Below, piece after piece: positions 20,380-30,524 of a stretch of 64,000 bases of DNA. The notes beneath the pieces are model-generated. The model saw only the letters and a program-made list of their open reading frames with translations, made no database searches and was not told where the DNA came from. A program made the translations under genes and the position numbers. Source of the DNA: a virus; the IMG/VR virus record IMGVR_UViG_3300036772_000294, positions 15,824 to 79,823 of that record, one strand, 5' to 3'. Position 1 is the first letter of the stretch. Every line of letters begins with the position of its first letter.

Positions 20380-20550
20380 CTTAAAATTGCCCCGTCAATC
20401 CTATTTAATTAGTTTTTTAGTTTGCTGAGTCAAACTCACATTCCGTTATTTTCCTCTATTATCATCTCGATTCTGGTAGCCGGGCTGCATCTACGCTTGT
20501 CTGTTGCCGAGCAGGACCGTCGCTGCAGAGGTTAATTGGAGTACTGATAA

Positions 20551-21145
20551 ATGAAACGTTTACGCTTATCACATCCGCCTGCGAACACAGCCTTCTCTCC
20601 GGGCCTGCGCCGTCTAACCTGGCTTAATATCGCCATGCAGGCAGTATTTCCCTTGGCGGTTGCCTTCACTCCAATGATGGCTGGGGCCGGTGTCGCCCCT
20701 GCCGGAAGTGCTCTTGAAAAATGATGCTTTCGCGAATGATATAGCAGAACAAAATAGTGATGAGCAGACACAGAAAGTGTCCGGGTATGCTTAACAGGCG
20801 GGCAGTTTTTTGAGTTCCGGTGCCGCTACGTCCATGGCCCGCGGCATGGCTACGGGAGACGTGGGAGGAGCTCTTCAGCAGTGGCTGAGCCGATTTGGTT
20901 CCGCACGCGTTTAATTGGACGCGGATAAAAACTTCTCCTTGAAGAATTCCCAGTTTGAGCTGCTTCTTCCATTGTATGAGCAGCGACAGGATTGTCTTTA
21001 CTCAGGGCAGTCTGCACCGCACTGACAGCAGAGCTCAGGCTAATTTAGGAGCCGGTGTCCGCTACTTTTATAATTCCTAGATGTTCGAGGCCAACACCTT
21101 CCTTGATTACGGCCTATCCCGCGACCACGCACGGGCGGGGCAGGT
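20551..21145 (+). pseudogene. invasin/intimin-like inverse autotransporter, degraded N-terminal remnant
   Basis: Signal LRRLTWLNIAMQAVFPLAVAF; broken-frame segments QQWLSRFGSARV, NSQFELLLPLYE, VFTQGSLHRTDSRAQANLGAGVRYF, NTFLDYGLSRDHAR; stops and frameshifts. Confidence 0.85.
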
Positions 21146-21193
21146 CTTGAATAATGGGGTTCATGAAGAATTAAATAATCCTGAGCGGTCAGG

Positions 21194-22246
21194 TTAATCA
21201 AAATAGTCCTGCATCATTTTGAACATGGCACCTTCGGCCGCGGCTTGTTTACGTATATAGCGTTGCACTGTTTTGGCATCGCGCCAGCCTCCGGCTTCCA
21301 TGATGAGCGGCTGGGCTACGTTGCTGGCCGCCATATCCTGGGCGGCGCCCACGCGGGAACTGTGGCCTGTCCAAGTCTGGTATCTTTCTCCGGCTTCACC
21401 CAATTCCCCATTTTTGTTTAGCGCCCCCCAGCCCGCGGAGAAAATTGTCCGAAGGCCATCGGTAGTCATCGGCTTACCGCTCGGCATGGCTTTGTTGTAT
21501 TTATTCACCCGACAAAACATCGGCTGCCTCGGCTCATTTGTCAGCTCTGCCAGCATTAGCCAATGCCTGATCAGGTCTACGCACCATTTAGACAGGTATT
21601 TATACTCACCGTCGCCCGAAAGGTTTGTTTTGGTCCGGGCGACATAAAGCAGACCGGTGCCGTCGGGGTTAACGTCCAGATCGCCGACAACAAGCCGCGA
21701 CATTTCGGAGATTCGCAGCAGCGTATGAAAGGCAACAGAGAGAAAGGCCAGGTTGCGAGCCTGCGTGAGGGAGGTTTTGTCATTCCAGACCATCATTAGC
21801 ATTTTGATGTGGTCACGGCGAAGCGGGATCGCCTGGCCGATTGTTTCTCCATTCTCTACTGCGTTGCGGCGAATTTTCTTCAGCACGCGCTGCACCGTCG
21901 GGCTGGCCGTTGCGGGGATAAGTCCGGCGTTCTTTTCTACCATAGCGATTAGCGCCGCGTGGGTTGAAATGCTGTTACTCGCCAGGCGGGTAGATAGCTC
22001 CTCGAGGTAATTTCTGAGCGATTCCGGCTGCACTGGAAGTTGCGCTACGCGATTTCTGACGCACCACGCGGCCCATTGTCCCCAAACATTTACGAGAGCG
22101 CGCCAAGTTTGTTCAGAATATGCACCGCGATCGGACTCAAATGCCTCAATATTTGCCAGCACAGCATTCAATTCAGTCGTAAGTGGTTCGACCACAGGCG
22201 ACTGGCTGCCATCAAAAGGGGCTGGAAGCGTATTTTTAGAGGTCAT
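21194..22246 (-). CDS. cre: Cre-like tyrosine recombinase
   Basis: Catalytic set intact: TLLRISE(R), RTKT(K), GHSSRVGAAQD(H,R), GGW(W), RYIR(Y); 350 aa; lox site upstream. Confidence 0.93.
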   Translation of the reverse strand: MTSKNTLPAPFDGSQSPVVEPLTTELNAVLANIEAFESDRGAYSEQTWRALVNVWGQWAAWCVRNRVAQLPVQPESLRNYLEELSTRLASNSISTHAALIAMVEKNAGLIPATASPTVQRVLKKIRRNAVENGETIGQAIPLRRDHIKMLMMVWNDKTSLTQARNLAFLSVAFHTLLRISEMSRLVVGDLDVNPDGTGLLYVARTKTNLSGDGEYKYLSKWCVDLIRHWLMLAELTNEPRQPMFCRVNKYNKAMPSGKPMTTDGLRTIFSAGWGALNKNGELGEAGERYQTWTGHSSRVGAAQDMAASNVAQPLIMEAGGWRDAKTVQRYIRKQAAAEGAMFKMMQDYFD

Positions 22247-22462
22247 ATCGTTACACCGTCACGTTTTGAGACATAAGGCTTTGAAGAGCGGCTGGCCGTT
22301 CTGGAATCTCTTCCTTTATATAGCTACTCATCAAACTTTCAGAATCAAACTCGCTACGACGTTTACAGAAACGTAACGGCCAGAAATTAAGTTGAGCCAT
22401 TTCTTCACATAACCAAAAGGAGTTATGCGTCATTTATAGGCTGCTGCTAAATCCTGAGATTC

Positions 22463-22496
22463 TTAACTTAGTATAATGCCACTTATACTAAGTTAA
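22463..22496. other. lox-type recombination site TTAACTTAGTATA-ATGCCACT-TATACTAAGTTAA
   Basis: Perfect 13-bp inverted arms around an 8-bp asymmetric spacer, about 220 bp upstream of cre. Confidence 0.93.
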
Positions 22497-22665
22497 AGCG
22501 ATTTTGAATAAAACTTGCCTTTTCCGTACACGTTGTAACATTTGACGCCCATTTGGACATTAAGCGGCATTCGACAGGATTCTGATACGTCCGTCTGGGG
22601 TAACATAGCGTTTCATTATTTCCTTACGTAATGATTCACTTTGTCATTTTTCAGAAGAGTTCACG

Positions 22666-22899
22666 ATGTTCACAACCTTTACACCGACCCAAATTGATGA
22701 GCAGCGCCAAAGACTAAAACTTGCGATTGATGATCCCGACATGTTACCGATGCTAACCGATCATCTCCTCGCCGTTGGAGACTTTAACCCGGGAACCGAA
22801 AAGGAAGCGCGGTTGTTACGAAAGCAGATGGAAACTTGCATCGTTAACTCATACGCCTTAAGCGCAATTGGTGCTCATGTTTCTATCCAGGCCGCATAG
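22666..22899 (+). CDS. coi: probable C1 inactivator Coi
   Basis: Small ORF between lox and c1 as in P1; weak N-terminal similarity (F.PT.ID..R). Confidence 0.5.
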   Translation: MFTTFTPTQIDEQRQRLKLAIDDPDMLPMLTDHLLAVGDFNPGTEKEARLLRKQMETCIVNSYALSAIGAHVSIQAA

Positions 22900-23032
22900 A
22901 CCACGCCAACCGCAAATTGGTGATCCATTCCCATTTTGCGGTTATTTACCCCCGTTAATACGTCCAAACAGGTAATTCGTCCTAAAAATTCCGCCTCCCG
23001 CCACGCAGCACCCCCTCATTTCAAAAGTTTGC

Positions 23033-23090
23033 TTGCTTTACTCACTACACTGCCGATAATGACCATTGGATACTAAACTCCAGTTTTATT
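23033..23090 (+). promoter_or_regulatory. c1 promoter (TTGCTT-16-GATAAT) followed by an operator-motif copy at 23068-23090
   Basis: GGATACTAAACTCCAGTTTTATT matches the 23-bp motif. Confidence 0.55.
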
Positions 23091-23124
23091 CCGTACACAT
23101 TCAAGCAACGACTTTGGAAGAATT

Positions 23125-23973
23125 ATGTCGGTCGATAACACACAAACACTCCAGCAACTTTATGAATCTTTCCTCGAATTCCGAGACGGTTTGATGGCGA
23201 AGGCTATTGAACGCTCAGTGTTTTCTTCAAAAGGTTCCGACGGAGTAGAGTTTCGCCCTGTAGTGATCATTGAATCAGAGGACGATTATCGTTACTGGCA
23301 AGACCAGTTTGCTACATGGAAGTCTTACGCAAATAAGCTTAAAGAAGGCAGGCCGCTGATTTACCACGATACAAACCGCCAGGTTCATCCTCTGCCGGAA
23401 ATTGTGAATAACATCACTGCCGTGACCATCCAGCTCTCGTCAGCAACCAGCTCGAAACGCTGGACAACCGCAGGCATCATTAAAGTGTTGCTGCAGCGCC
23501 GTGATGCGACACTTACGAAGCTCCCGCCGGAGCCAGAGCTGGTGGATGCTTATGAAGCAGAGATTGAGCGCTTTGCCGCCTACGCAGATGATTACGAGTT
23601 CATGCTTCGTCGAACCGGCTACGAGGATACTATTCTTCAGCTCAAAGATAATGACGGCCAGGTCGCGAAATATCATGTGTCCCGTTTCGGCGCCTTCATC
23701 TATAACAACGGCAATAAGATCGTCGTAAGCGAAGCCGCAGCGCGAGCCCGCAAATCCATTTATGACACCCTTGAGCCAATCCCATGCATGGCATTTCTCA
23801 GCGGCGCGCTTTACGCGATTCCTGATAATGAAGCTGCATTGAAAAAATCCAAGCAGGAAGCGGCCAAGGCTGCCGGTGTTAAACGGATGAAACGTAAAAA
23901 CGATGAGAAAGTCGCGTCAGCTAAGGCGGCGCAGTCTAAATCCAACGTTCGTACCGGTGAAGAACAGGAATAA
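23125..23973 (+). CDS. c1: C1 primary repressor
   Basis: 282 aa; QLY.SF..FRD....A..R, RPVV, SIYD.LEPI.C as in P1 C1; convergent with pacB. Confidence 0.85.
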   Translation: MSVDNTQTLQQLYESFLEFRDGLMAKAIERSVFSSKGSDGVEFRPVVIIESEDDYRYWQDQFATWKSYANKLKEGRPLIYHDTNRQVHPLPEIVNNITAVTIQLSSATSSKRWTTAGIIKVLLQRRDATLTKLPPEPELVDAYEAEIERFAAYADDYEFMLRRTGYEDTILQLKDNDGQVAKYHVSRFGAFIYNNGNKIVVSEAAARARKSIYDTLEPIPCMAFLSGALYAIPDNEAALKKSKQEAAKAAGVKRMKRKNDEKVASAKAAQSKSNVRTGEEQE

Positions 23974-24021
23974 CCACCAGCCGCCGTCAATGGGCTCAAA
24001 TTTGTTGAGCCCATTTCAATC

Positions 24022-25527
24022 CTAAGCTGCTCCGTTCAGTTCCGCCTTCAGCCATTCCTCAATATTGTTTCGCTCAGCCGCTACCTCATCATTCAGCACT
24101 TCATTAGCCGGTATATAGTGCGCCAGGTGCGCAAAACAGTGTGTATCCCAATGGTCGGGGGAAGGAATGTTGTGTTTAGCCCGCATTTCTTTTTTCGGCA
24201 TAATTGCCCACTGGCCAAGCTCGTTAATGCCACACGGAATCTTACTGGCCTCACTGATCGTTTTGGTATTGGCGGTTAGCCGATGGCGTCCCTGCTTAAC
24301 GGCATCTCGGGCCATAATGTTTGCGTAAGCCCTTTCATTCTTGAACCGCTTCTTGTCGTCGGTGCTGTGCATTGGCCTCCCCCAGCGTATACGCTGCACG
24401 CGAAGCCCTGAACGCTCGGCTATTGTCGCAGTATCAGCACCTACACCGTCGCCATCGATAACCACCGTCATGTTTGGATACAGCTCTGGGCGACACTGGC
24501 CAACGATATACTGCCCAAAACTGATAGGATCGCAGGTCCCCGGCATTTCTATCTCAGCATGCGGTACAACGCGCCGTTTCATACGATAGCCGCTTACCTT
24601 AAAGATGGAGATAACGCTCTTATCGCGACCGTTCCCCACGTCACAGCATGCAATCCAGCCCCAGCCCCTCTTCAGCCTAACCTGCCGGCGCGCGGCAAGG
24701 TCACACTCATGGCGGCCCAGCAGGTAGCCCGACACATTTTGAGGGAACTGGCCCAATACCTTGATCTGATACTCTGGCGCGTCCCTGCCCCCATATTCCA
24801 CCATCTTATCTTTGATGAATTTTACGGTAACGAGCGGAGACTCTTCCGAGTTGAGCACAATTGCCGTGTACTCTCCGTCCGGGTTCTCCTCGGACTTCGC
24901 CAGGCTGTGATGTGACTCATAGAAATGTCCAGTTGGGCGGGTTGGCTGTGATAGTAGCAGCAGCCGGTTATCAGTTTGGGTGAGCGCGCCGCGCAGTACG
25001 CTTAGCGCCTTGTCTGACAGGCCGCTGGCTTCATCGACAATGATAAGCAAGTGATCGGCGTGCTCGCCGGCTAACGCTTCTTCATTACCCAGGCGGTAGC
25101 CTTTCCCCTGGACGCTCCAGACACCTTTGCGGGTCCTTTCGTAAAACATGGTGTCCGTGACAACAAAGTAATTTTGAAGCCATGGCGCTCGTTTTATGCA
25201 GGTATTCCAGTTCTCTTTGAGGTATTTGAAGACACCCGTTTTAACCTGGTCCAGTTTGTTGGCCACCAGCACGACACGGGCGCCCGGAAAGGAAAGCATA
25301 AAGCACAGTAGCATGATCGATGTCATGTCCGATTTACCGGTGCCGTGCCCGGAGGCTACTGTCGTTCGGCTGCCTATTTGCTGGACCGAGTCAATTATCT
25401 CGTCCTGCTGGAATGTTGGGTATTTACCAAAAAGTTCTGCGGCCGCCAGGTGCCAGTTATAGCGATAACGCCGGACAAAATCGCGGTAACGAATATCGGT
25501 AGTGACACTGCGGATCTTGCGAGCCAT
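24022..25527 (-). CDS. pacB: terminase large subunit PacB
   Basis: Walker A SGHGTGKS, Walker B IIVDEA, RNase H-like CDVG...SPD.WD. Confidence 0.95.
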   Translation of the reverse strand: MARKIRSVTTDIRYRDFVRRYRYNWHLAAAELFGKYPTFQQDEIIDSVQQIGSRTTVASGHGTGKSDMTSIMLLCFMLSFPGARVVLVANKLDQVKTGVFKYLKENWNTCIKRAPWLQNYFVVTDTMFYERTRKGVWSVQGKGYRLGNEEALAGEHADHLLIIVDEASGLSDKALSVLRGALTQTDNRLLLLSQPTRPTGHFYESHHSLAKSEENPDGEYTAIVLNSEESPLVTVKFIKDKMVEYGGRDAPEYQIKVLGQFPQNVSGYLLGRHECDLAARRQVRLKRGWGWIACCDVGNGRDKSVISIFKVSGYRMKRRVVPHAEIEMPGTCDPISFGQYIVGQCRPELYPNMTVVIDGDGVGADTATIAERSGLRVQRIRWGRPMHSTDDKKRFKNERAYANIMARDAVKQGRHRLTANTKTISEASKIPCGINELGQWAIMPKKEMRAKHNIPSPDHWDTHCFAHLAHYIPANEVLNDEVAAERNNIEEWLKAELNGAA

Positions 25528-26663
25528 TACTCACTATCCTCATGCGCCGCTGACGAGTAATACTCGCTCGTTGCCTCATCGTCCCAATCATCATCATCGT
25601 CGTCGTCATCCAGAAGTATTCCTCCCTCATGCAGGAGGCCTTCTGTATTTACGTCACCGAAGCCCTTTTGATCGGATAGCAGCTGAATCTCTTCACGGCG
25701 CTGAGGCAAGAATTCGTTGAGCTGCCTTGCCCGCTTCCGGGCGTATATCTGCGCCTCGTCATCGAGCTGTTCGTCGCTCCACTCTTCCCCCAGATCAATC
25801 TCCGGCTCAATGAGGCGCAGCTCGTTAGCCATCATCTTCTCAAGTGCTGGTGGCACACGTACCCCTTGAGCCTCTATGTATGTGGCCGTATCGATAGCCG
25901 ACCAGTCTTTCTCTTCCTTCAGCCGGAACGCCTCAATGACTACACGCCGATCCAACGCCTTTTGCTCCTCACGAAAGGCTTCCCGCTTTGCTTTGTCCCG
26001 GCTTTGCTTAATCTGGATGAGGGTCCGTAGGCTACCCGCAAGCGGCTCCGCCGTGCTGGCGATCATGCCGAGCTTTTTTACTTCTACCGGCGGGCCACCA
26101 CTATCTGCATCTTTATCGCCACTATCTGATGAGTTATCCAACGCCTCGAGCGCCTCATCCCGGCAGGAAGAAATCAAATGGACGTGGGCCACCAGGTGAG
26201 CGAAAGCGTAATCCTCAAGATTTTCAACCAAACCATTGTCGATCATGGCCTGGGCCTGGAGTATTTCGTCAGGCGTAAGCTGGGTGTATACACCGCTGGT
26301 CATGCTGGCCCGGTTACCTGGCGCGAACGCACGCCCACGGGGGCGGTTCTTTTTTGCAGGGATCAGTTTTGCGCTTTTGGGTATCTGATCCCCTTTCGCT
26401 GGCAGCAGTGTGCCGGATGTGATCTCATCGTTTATTTTGCTGTTTTTTCTGGCTTTTTTAGTTCTTGATAGTTTCGAAAACGAGGGATCATTCTTCGGAT
26501 CATTTACTGGATCAGCTTGAGAGTGATCTCGGTCTGTTTTCCGAAGGTGCTTGCGGGCAGTATTGGCATTGAGTCCGTGCAGCTCAGCATAAGCGGCAAT
26601 AGACAGGCCACCGTTGGCAGCTGCCATGGCTGAGTATTTTTTCTTATGCTCTTCCCAATTCAC
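25527..26663 (-). CDS. pacA: terminase small subunit PacA
   Basis: N-terminal HTH (YAE..GLN.NTARKH), acidic C-terminus, internal GATC cluster. Confidence 0.88.
   Translation of the reverse strand: MNWEEHKKKYSAMAAANGGLSIAAYAELHGLNANTARKHLRKTDRDHSQADPVNDPKNDPSFSKLSRTKKARKNSKINDEITSGTLLPAKGDQIPKSAKLIPAKKNRPRGRAFAPGNRASMTSGVYTQLTPDEILQAQAMIDNGLVENLEDYAFAHLVAHVHLISSCRDEALEALDNSSDSGDKDADSGGPPVEVKKLGMIASTAEPLAGSLRTLIQIKQSRDKAKREAFREEQKALDRRVVIEAFRLKEEKDWSAIDTATYIEAQGVRVPPALEKMMANELRLIEPEIDLGEEWSDEQLDDEAQIYARKRARQLNEFLPQRREEIQLLSDQKGFGDVNTEGLLHEGGILLDDDDDDDDWDDEATSEYYSSAAHEDSE
26361..26528. other. pac site: 3+4 GATC clusters around an AT-rich spacer inside pacA
   Basis: GATC at 26361, 26387, 26421 and 26486, 26498, 26510, 26525. 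Confidence 0.78.
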
Positions 26664-26684
26664 TGTTTTATTGCCTACAGCTAG

Positions 26685-26707
26685 TTATCCTAAACGTTGG
26701 CTTTATT
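26685..26707 (+). promoter_or_regulatory. 23-bp operator motif upstream of pacA
   Basis: TTATCCTAAACGTTGGCTTTATT. Confidence 0.75.
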
Positions 26708-26794
26708 CTATTAGATAAATACCCATGAGTGTGAATAGCGTGGTTTGACGATGTGGCCGGTTCAGTGCAGCGTGAATTTGCTCTAATTAATTGC

Positions 26795-27532
26795 CTAAAA
26801 GTCTATGTCGTCACTGTCTGCTGGTTGTTCCAGGGTAATAGGTGGCGGCGTAGTTAGAACTGGTAACTTTCTATATGTTAAAGCTGAGCTTCCCCCAGTC
26901 TTTGGAAAGAAATAAAACGAGTCATGAAAGAGTTCTGTTGTGTAAAATTCCACCGATTTCTTAGCCATATGATCCATCAGCCCTATGTGAAGCAAATAAG
27001 TCAGAGCCTTATTCAAGTCGGGCAAGGTACAATTTAGTTTGTCGCAAATCGTCTTCTTCCTTGCCAGTGTGTACTCGTATTTATTGTCTCTCGCATACAG
27101 AAGGTACAAGTATGCCTGAAGAGCAATGAGCTCGAATGGATAACGATTGTGCATGGACTGGAACGAATTTATGTTTTTTTCTTCATCTACTAATCCTTTA
27201 AATGGCAACTTGCACCACCCATCATTGAGCTTACCATCTACATCGACGGTATAGATTTTCTTCCTTGGTGTCATACATAGGTTCTTTATAAGCCCCTTTT
27301 TAAAAAGGATTTTTAACCCCTCGCTTACAAGAGAGCGGCTCAGCGAAGCGATCCTGGTAAGCTCAGTGAATGTCAGACAGACAGTCCTAACTCCGTTGAG
27401 CTCTTCTTTACCAAAGAGGCAAAACACAATGTAGATTTTGAGAGCAGCAATCGCCTTCGCTGTATCAAGAGTATTAAACTCAGTGATGCGTGAGCCGATC
27501 CAAAGAGATGGCATTTTTTTCCAAAAAAGCAT
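26795..27532 (-). CDS. winged-HTH-like hypothetical protein (moron)
   Basis: Two wHTH-like segments (LTFTELTRIASLSRSLVSEGLKIL; KKTICDKLNCTLPDLNKALTYL); AT-rich. Confidence 0.7.
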   Translation of the reverse strand: MLFWKKMPSLWIGSRITEFNTLDTAKAIAALKIYIVFCLFGKEELNGVRTVCLTFTELTRIASLSRSLVSEGLKILFKKGLIKNLCMTPRKKIYTVDVDGKLNDGWCKLPFKGLVDEEKNINSFQSMHNRYPFELIALQAYLYLLYARDNKYEYTLARKKTICDKLNCTLPDLNKALTYLLHIGLMDHMAKKSVEFYTTELFHDSFYFFPKTGGSSALTYRKLPVLTTPPPITLEQPADSDDIDF

Positions 27533-28020
27533 TGGCTATCTCCTCAGCGTAATCTGTAAACCAAAAGCAATATTGCTACTGCAGTTACTAGTTGAGTAAG
27601 GGCAGGAGCAATCTGACCGACCCTCTCCAGCAAAGCGACAATTTCTGCCATATGTTTAATCATTTTCTGCCCCATAAGTTGTCTTTGATGGGGTGATTAT
27701 TTCATTGTTTTAATGCTTTGTGTTTAGAGTCTAAGAATCTATCTAGAAAGAAGATATCATGCATATGATTACATATCTAGATGATAAATATGATCATTTA
27801 GTTTCATTATGGTACTACAGGATACTTTAATATGGTTCACGGTGAACCATACATTTTGGAACGAACCTATTTTTGACCTTACCAAGCAAAGCCGTTACAA
27901 ATGATTTATGTCATATTTATGTCACGCCAAACGTTGACGACAGCAGCTCATATTTGCCAGAATGGTTAACGCAGCACAGAAGCTGCGCTTACACGTTTGA
28001 ACATTGCAAAGGACAAACAA

Positions 28021-29127
28021 ATGACTGACAAAATCACGCTGGTTGCTGTTGATGGCGGCTCAGGCAACATAGCTATCCGCTTTAAAAACGGGGCGGGTGA
28101 AGAGCAAGAAAGTATTACCCCCGCAAGAATTCGCAGAGGTGTAACGAAGAAGAATAACCGTGACTCCGTAACAGCTTGGGAAACTGTAAACGGTGAGACG
28201 TATTCGACTGAGGGGGCAGTAAACAATCAGGATGTTATCGATACCTGCGATCCGAACTATCAAACCAGCGATGCTAACCGCGTGTTGGTCATTAACGCCC
28301 TGGCTCAATCCGGGCTTGCCGGCAAAGACATCGTAATAGGCGACACGCTTCCGGCAGCGCAGTTTTATAGCGATACCGATGCTATTAACCGCCCCTTGAT
28401 TGCGGCGAAAAAGGAAAGTCTGCGCCAGCAGCTGAAGAACGTTAGTGGCGACATCAAAGCGCCGGTTATACGGGACGTCATTATTTTTCCTGAAGCTGTC
28501 GCGGCGTATGCGGCTTGCACCACCGACGAACGTGGAAAAACGCGGCCTGAATTTGTAGGTGTTGAAAAAACGCTGGTTGTAGACCTGGGGCGCTTTACAT
28601 GCGATATCGCGGTTGTCACCCCTGATAAAACGATAATCTCCCGGCGCACATCAGAGAATGGCGTCCAGAAGATGATTCAGCGCCTCCATATGCTCTTGCA
28701 GAAGAATGAGGCGGCTCTGGGCCTTACCGAGGCCAAAGAAATCAATCTCACGGCTTTGGACGACTATATCAATCTTGGCTATATAGGTTCGAAAGCCGCG
28801 GCACGGGAAAAGGACCGGATTGATATTAAGCCCCTTGTCCATCAAGCTGCAGAATCCCTCGCTCTCGATGTGTTCAATGACATTCGTAGCACTCATCGCA
28901 ACCTGATTGATATTGACGTCGTGCTCTTCGTCGGCGGCGGCGCCAATTGGCTAGGCGGTAAGCTAAGCTATCTCCCAAACTTCGCAGAAAACTGGCATTC
29001 TTACGTTTATATTCCTGACGAGCCCCAAATGGCTAACGTGCGTGGTGTTTATCGCGAACTGATAGCCTATGAGGACGAAATTATTGCTTCCGTTCTGGAA
29101 AAATCAGAGGGGATAGCCACCAGCTAA
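28021..29127 (+). CDS. parM: actin-like partition ATPase ParM/StbA
   Basis: AVDGGSG, PEAVAA, VVDLGRFTCD, VGGGA, ANVRG motifs. Confidence 0.9.
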   Translation: MTDKITLVAVDGGSGNIAIRFKNGAGEEQESITPARIRRGVTKKNNRDSVTAWETVNGETYSTEGAVNNQDVIDTCDPNYQTSDANRVLVINALAQSGLAGKDIVIGDTLPAAQFYSDTDAINRPLIAAKKESLRQQLKNVSGDIKAPVIRDVIIFPEAVAAYAACTTDERGKTRPEFVGVEKTLVVDLGRFTCDIAVVTPDKTIISRRTSENGVQKMIQRLHMLLQKNEAALGLTEAKEINLTALDDYINLGYIGSKAAAREKDRIDIKPLVHQAAESLALDVFNDIRSTHRNLIDIDVVLFVGGGANWLGGKLSYLPNFAENWHSYVYIPDEPQMANVRGVYRELIAYEDEIIASVLEKSEGIATS

Positions 29128-29137
29128 AAGGTGAACA

Positions 29138-29557
29138 ATGACAACAACAAGGGCAAGAACACTGGTTCAGTTTGATTTTAATGACTACCAGACGCAGGAC
29201 GTTGCTATGGGCCGATTTTATGCCGAATACAAAGGCACCAACCGCCGGTCGTTGAAGTCGAAAATGGCTACTGATGTGCTGCAGGCTGGATCGTTGTTAC
29301 GAGAAGCAGACCTGTGCGCTCTAATGGACCTGATAGACAAGCCCCAATACGCCGCAGCATCAGTGACTGAACGTCGCAAAATGATTCTGTCGATGATAAA
29401 CGGTGCGTTGGGCTTGTTCGGGGATGTTGAGCCACCAGCTACGCCCGCTGAACAACCAACACCCTCAGTAGCGGCTATCAGCAAAAAAGATGAAAGCGAA
29501 ATTAACGAGGTAAATGAAAAACCCGCTCATAGCAAGAAAGGGTTCCTCGGCGCTTAA
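29138..29557 (+). CDS. ParR/StbB-like adaptor
   Basis: Small ORF directly after parM with a disordered C-terminal tail; followed by a hairpin. Confidence 0.65.
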   Translation: MTTTRARTLVQFDFNDYQTQDVAMGRFYAEYKGTNRRSLKSKMATDVLQAGSLLREADLCALMDLIDKPQYAAASVTERRKMILSMINGALGLFGDVEPPATPAEQPTPSVAAISKKDESEINEVNEKPAHSKKGFLGA

Positions 29558-29765
29558 GTTCTGTTTAACCAGCCCCACCATTACTACTAGCGGTGGGGCT
29601 TACTCTCTAACAACCCCACCAGCAACTGATCTACTCACATTAGATTTCTTTTGAGGCTAGCTTAAATTTTTTTGAAATTAAGCTCATAAATATCCTATAG
29701 TCGGATTGTGGACACGAAGTCCCAATTGTGCGGTAAGTGCAATTTTTATCTATGGAGAAATATTA

Positions 29766-29968
29766 TGAATGGTTCAATTACAACCATAACAAAGCATAGC
29801 TATATGAGCTTAGAAAAACGTTTGAAGGAGATAGCTCGTGCCTGGCGGGAGTTGGAAAAATTCGGACGTTCGGTGTGGCGAGATGAATTAATGAGCAAGC
29901 TATTAGCTGAATTCGTTCGTCTAATACCGCAAGCCAAATACTATGGTTTTATTACAGATAAAAAATAG
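29766..29968 (+). CDS. small hypothetical protein
   Basis: GGAG SD before ATG 29766; followed by a terminator. Confidence 0.5.
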
Positions 29969-30111
29969 ATTCGATCTGGTTTTTTAAGGGGTGGAAGCCC
30001 CTTTTTTAAGCATATGAAGACGCGAGAAGCGGATTGACTAACATTCTGCCCAAGCATCGTCTTTGTATGCAGCCCCCATTGGGAGGCTGCATTAGCATTC
30101 TTACCTGAACA

Positions 30112-30192
30112 TTAACGAGCTTCCAGGTAATCCAGGATGGCCATGATAATGACCAACACTGCTTGCACGATTTTTAAAGCTAGTACCACCAT
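30112..30192 (-). CDS. TisB-like type I toxin peptide MVVLALKIVQAVLVIIMAILDYLEAR
   Basis: 26-aa hydrophobic helix, GGTGA SD, divergent sRNA complementary to its 5' leader. Confidence 0.65.
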   Translation of the reverse strand: MVVLALKIVQAVLVIIMAILDYLEAR

Positions 30193-30429
30193 AGTGTCAC
30201 CAATTTCGTGGTTCTCACCTTCCCGTGAAAGCCCTTGGGTTTTCATTCACGGTATGTGTGCATCGTGCTGACAGATACACTCGCGGCTCGAATTGGTTTG
30301 GGCTCAGTTCCCGCATCACCAGGAACTGGAAAATCTAAATACTCTTTTTTTTTAGTCTGTTAGTTCAGCCGAACAAAATAATCCCGCTAAAAGTTTGTCG
30401 TTCTCTGCCCGTATACGTTAATCTTACCT

Positions 30430-30524
30430 CGCTGGCAGATACACTCGCCGAAAGTGACGTTCGAAGCTTTAGCTGGAAATTTCACTTTAAGAAAAGCCTG
30501 GACTCATCATCCGGGCTTTTTTTT
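30430..30524 (+). ncRNA. putative antitoxin sRNA (IstR/OrzO-like architecture)
   Basis: TTGTCG-18-TAATCT promoter; 5' end matches 30267-30284 (17/18); intrinsic terminator 30492-30524. Confidence 0.65.

Noticed and set aside
21156-21193. GGGGTTCATGAAG... as the partner Tn3 IR of the cargo island
   Set aside because: Poor match, and in the same orientation as the IR at 12985, so the two cannot form a pair.
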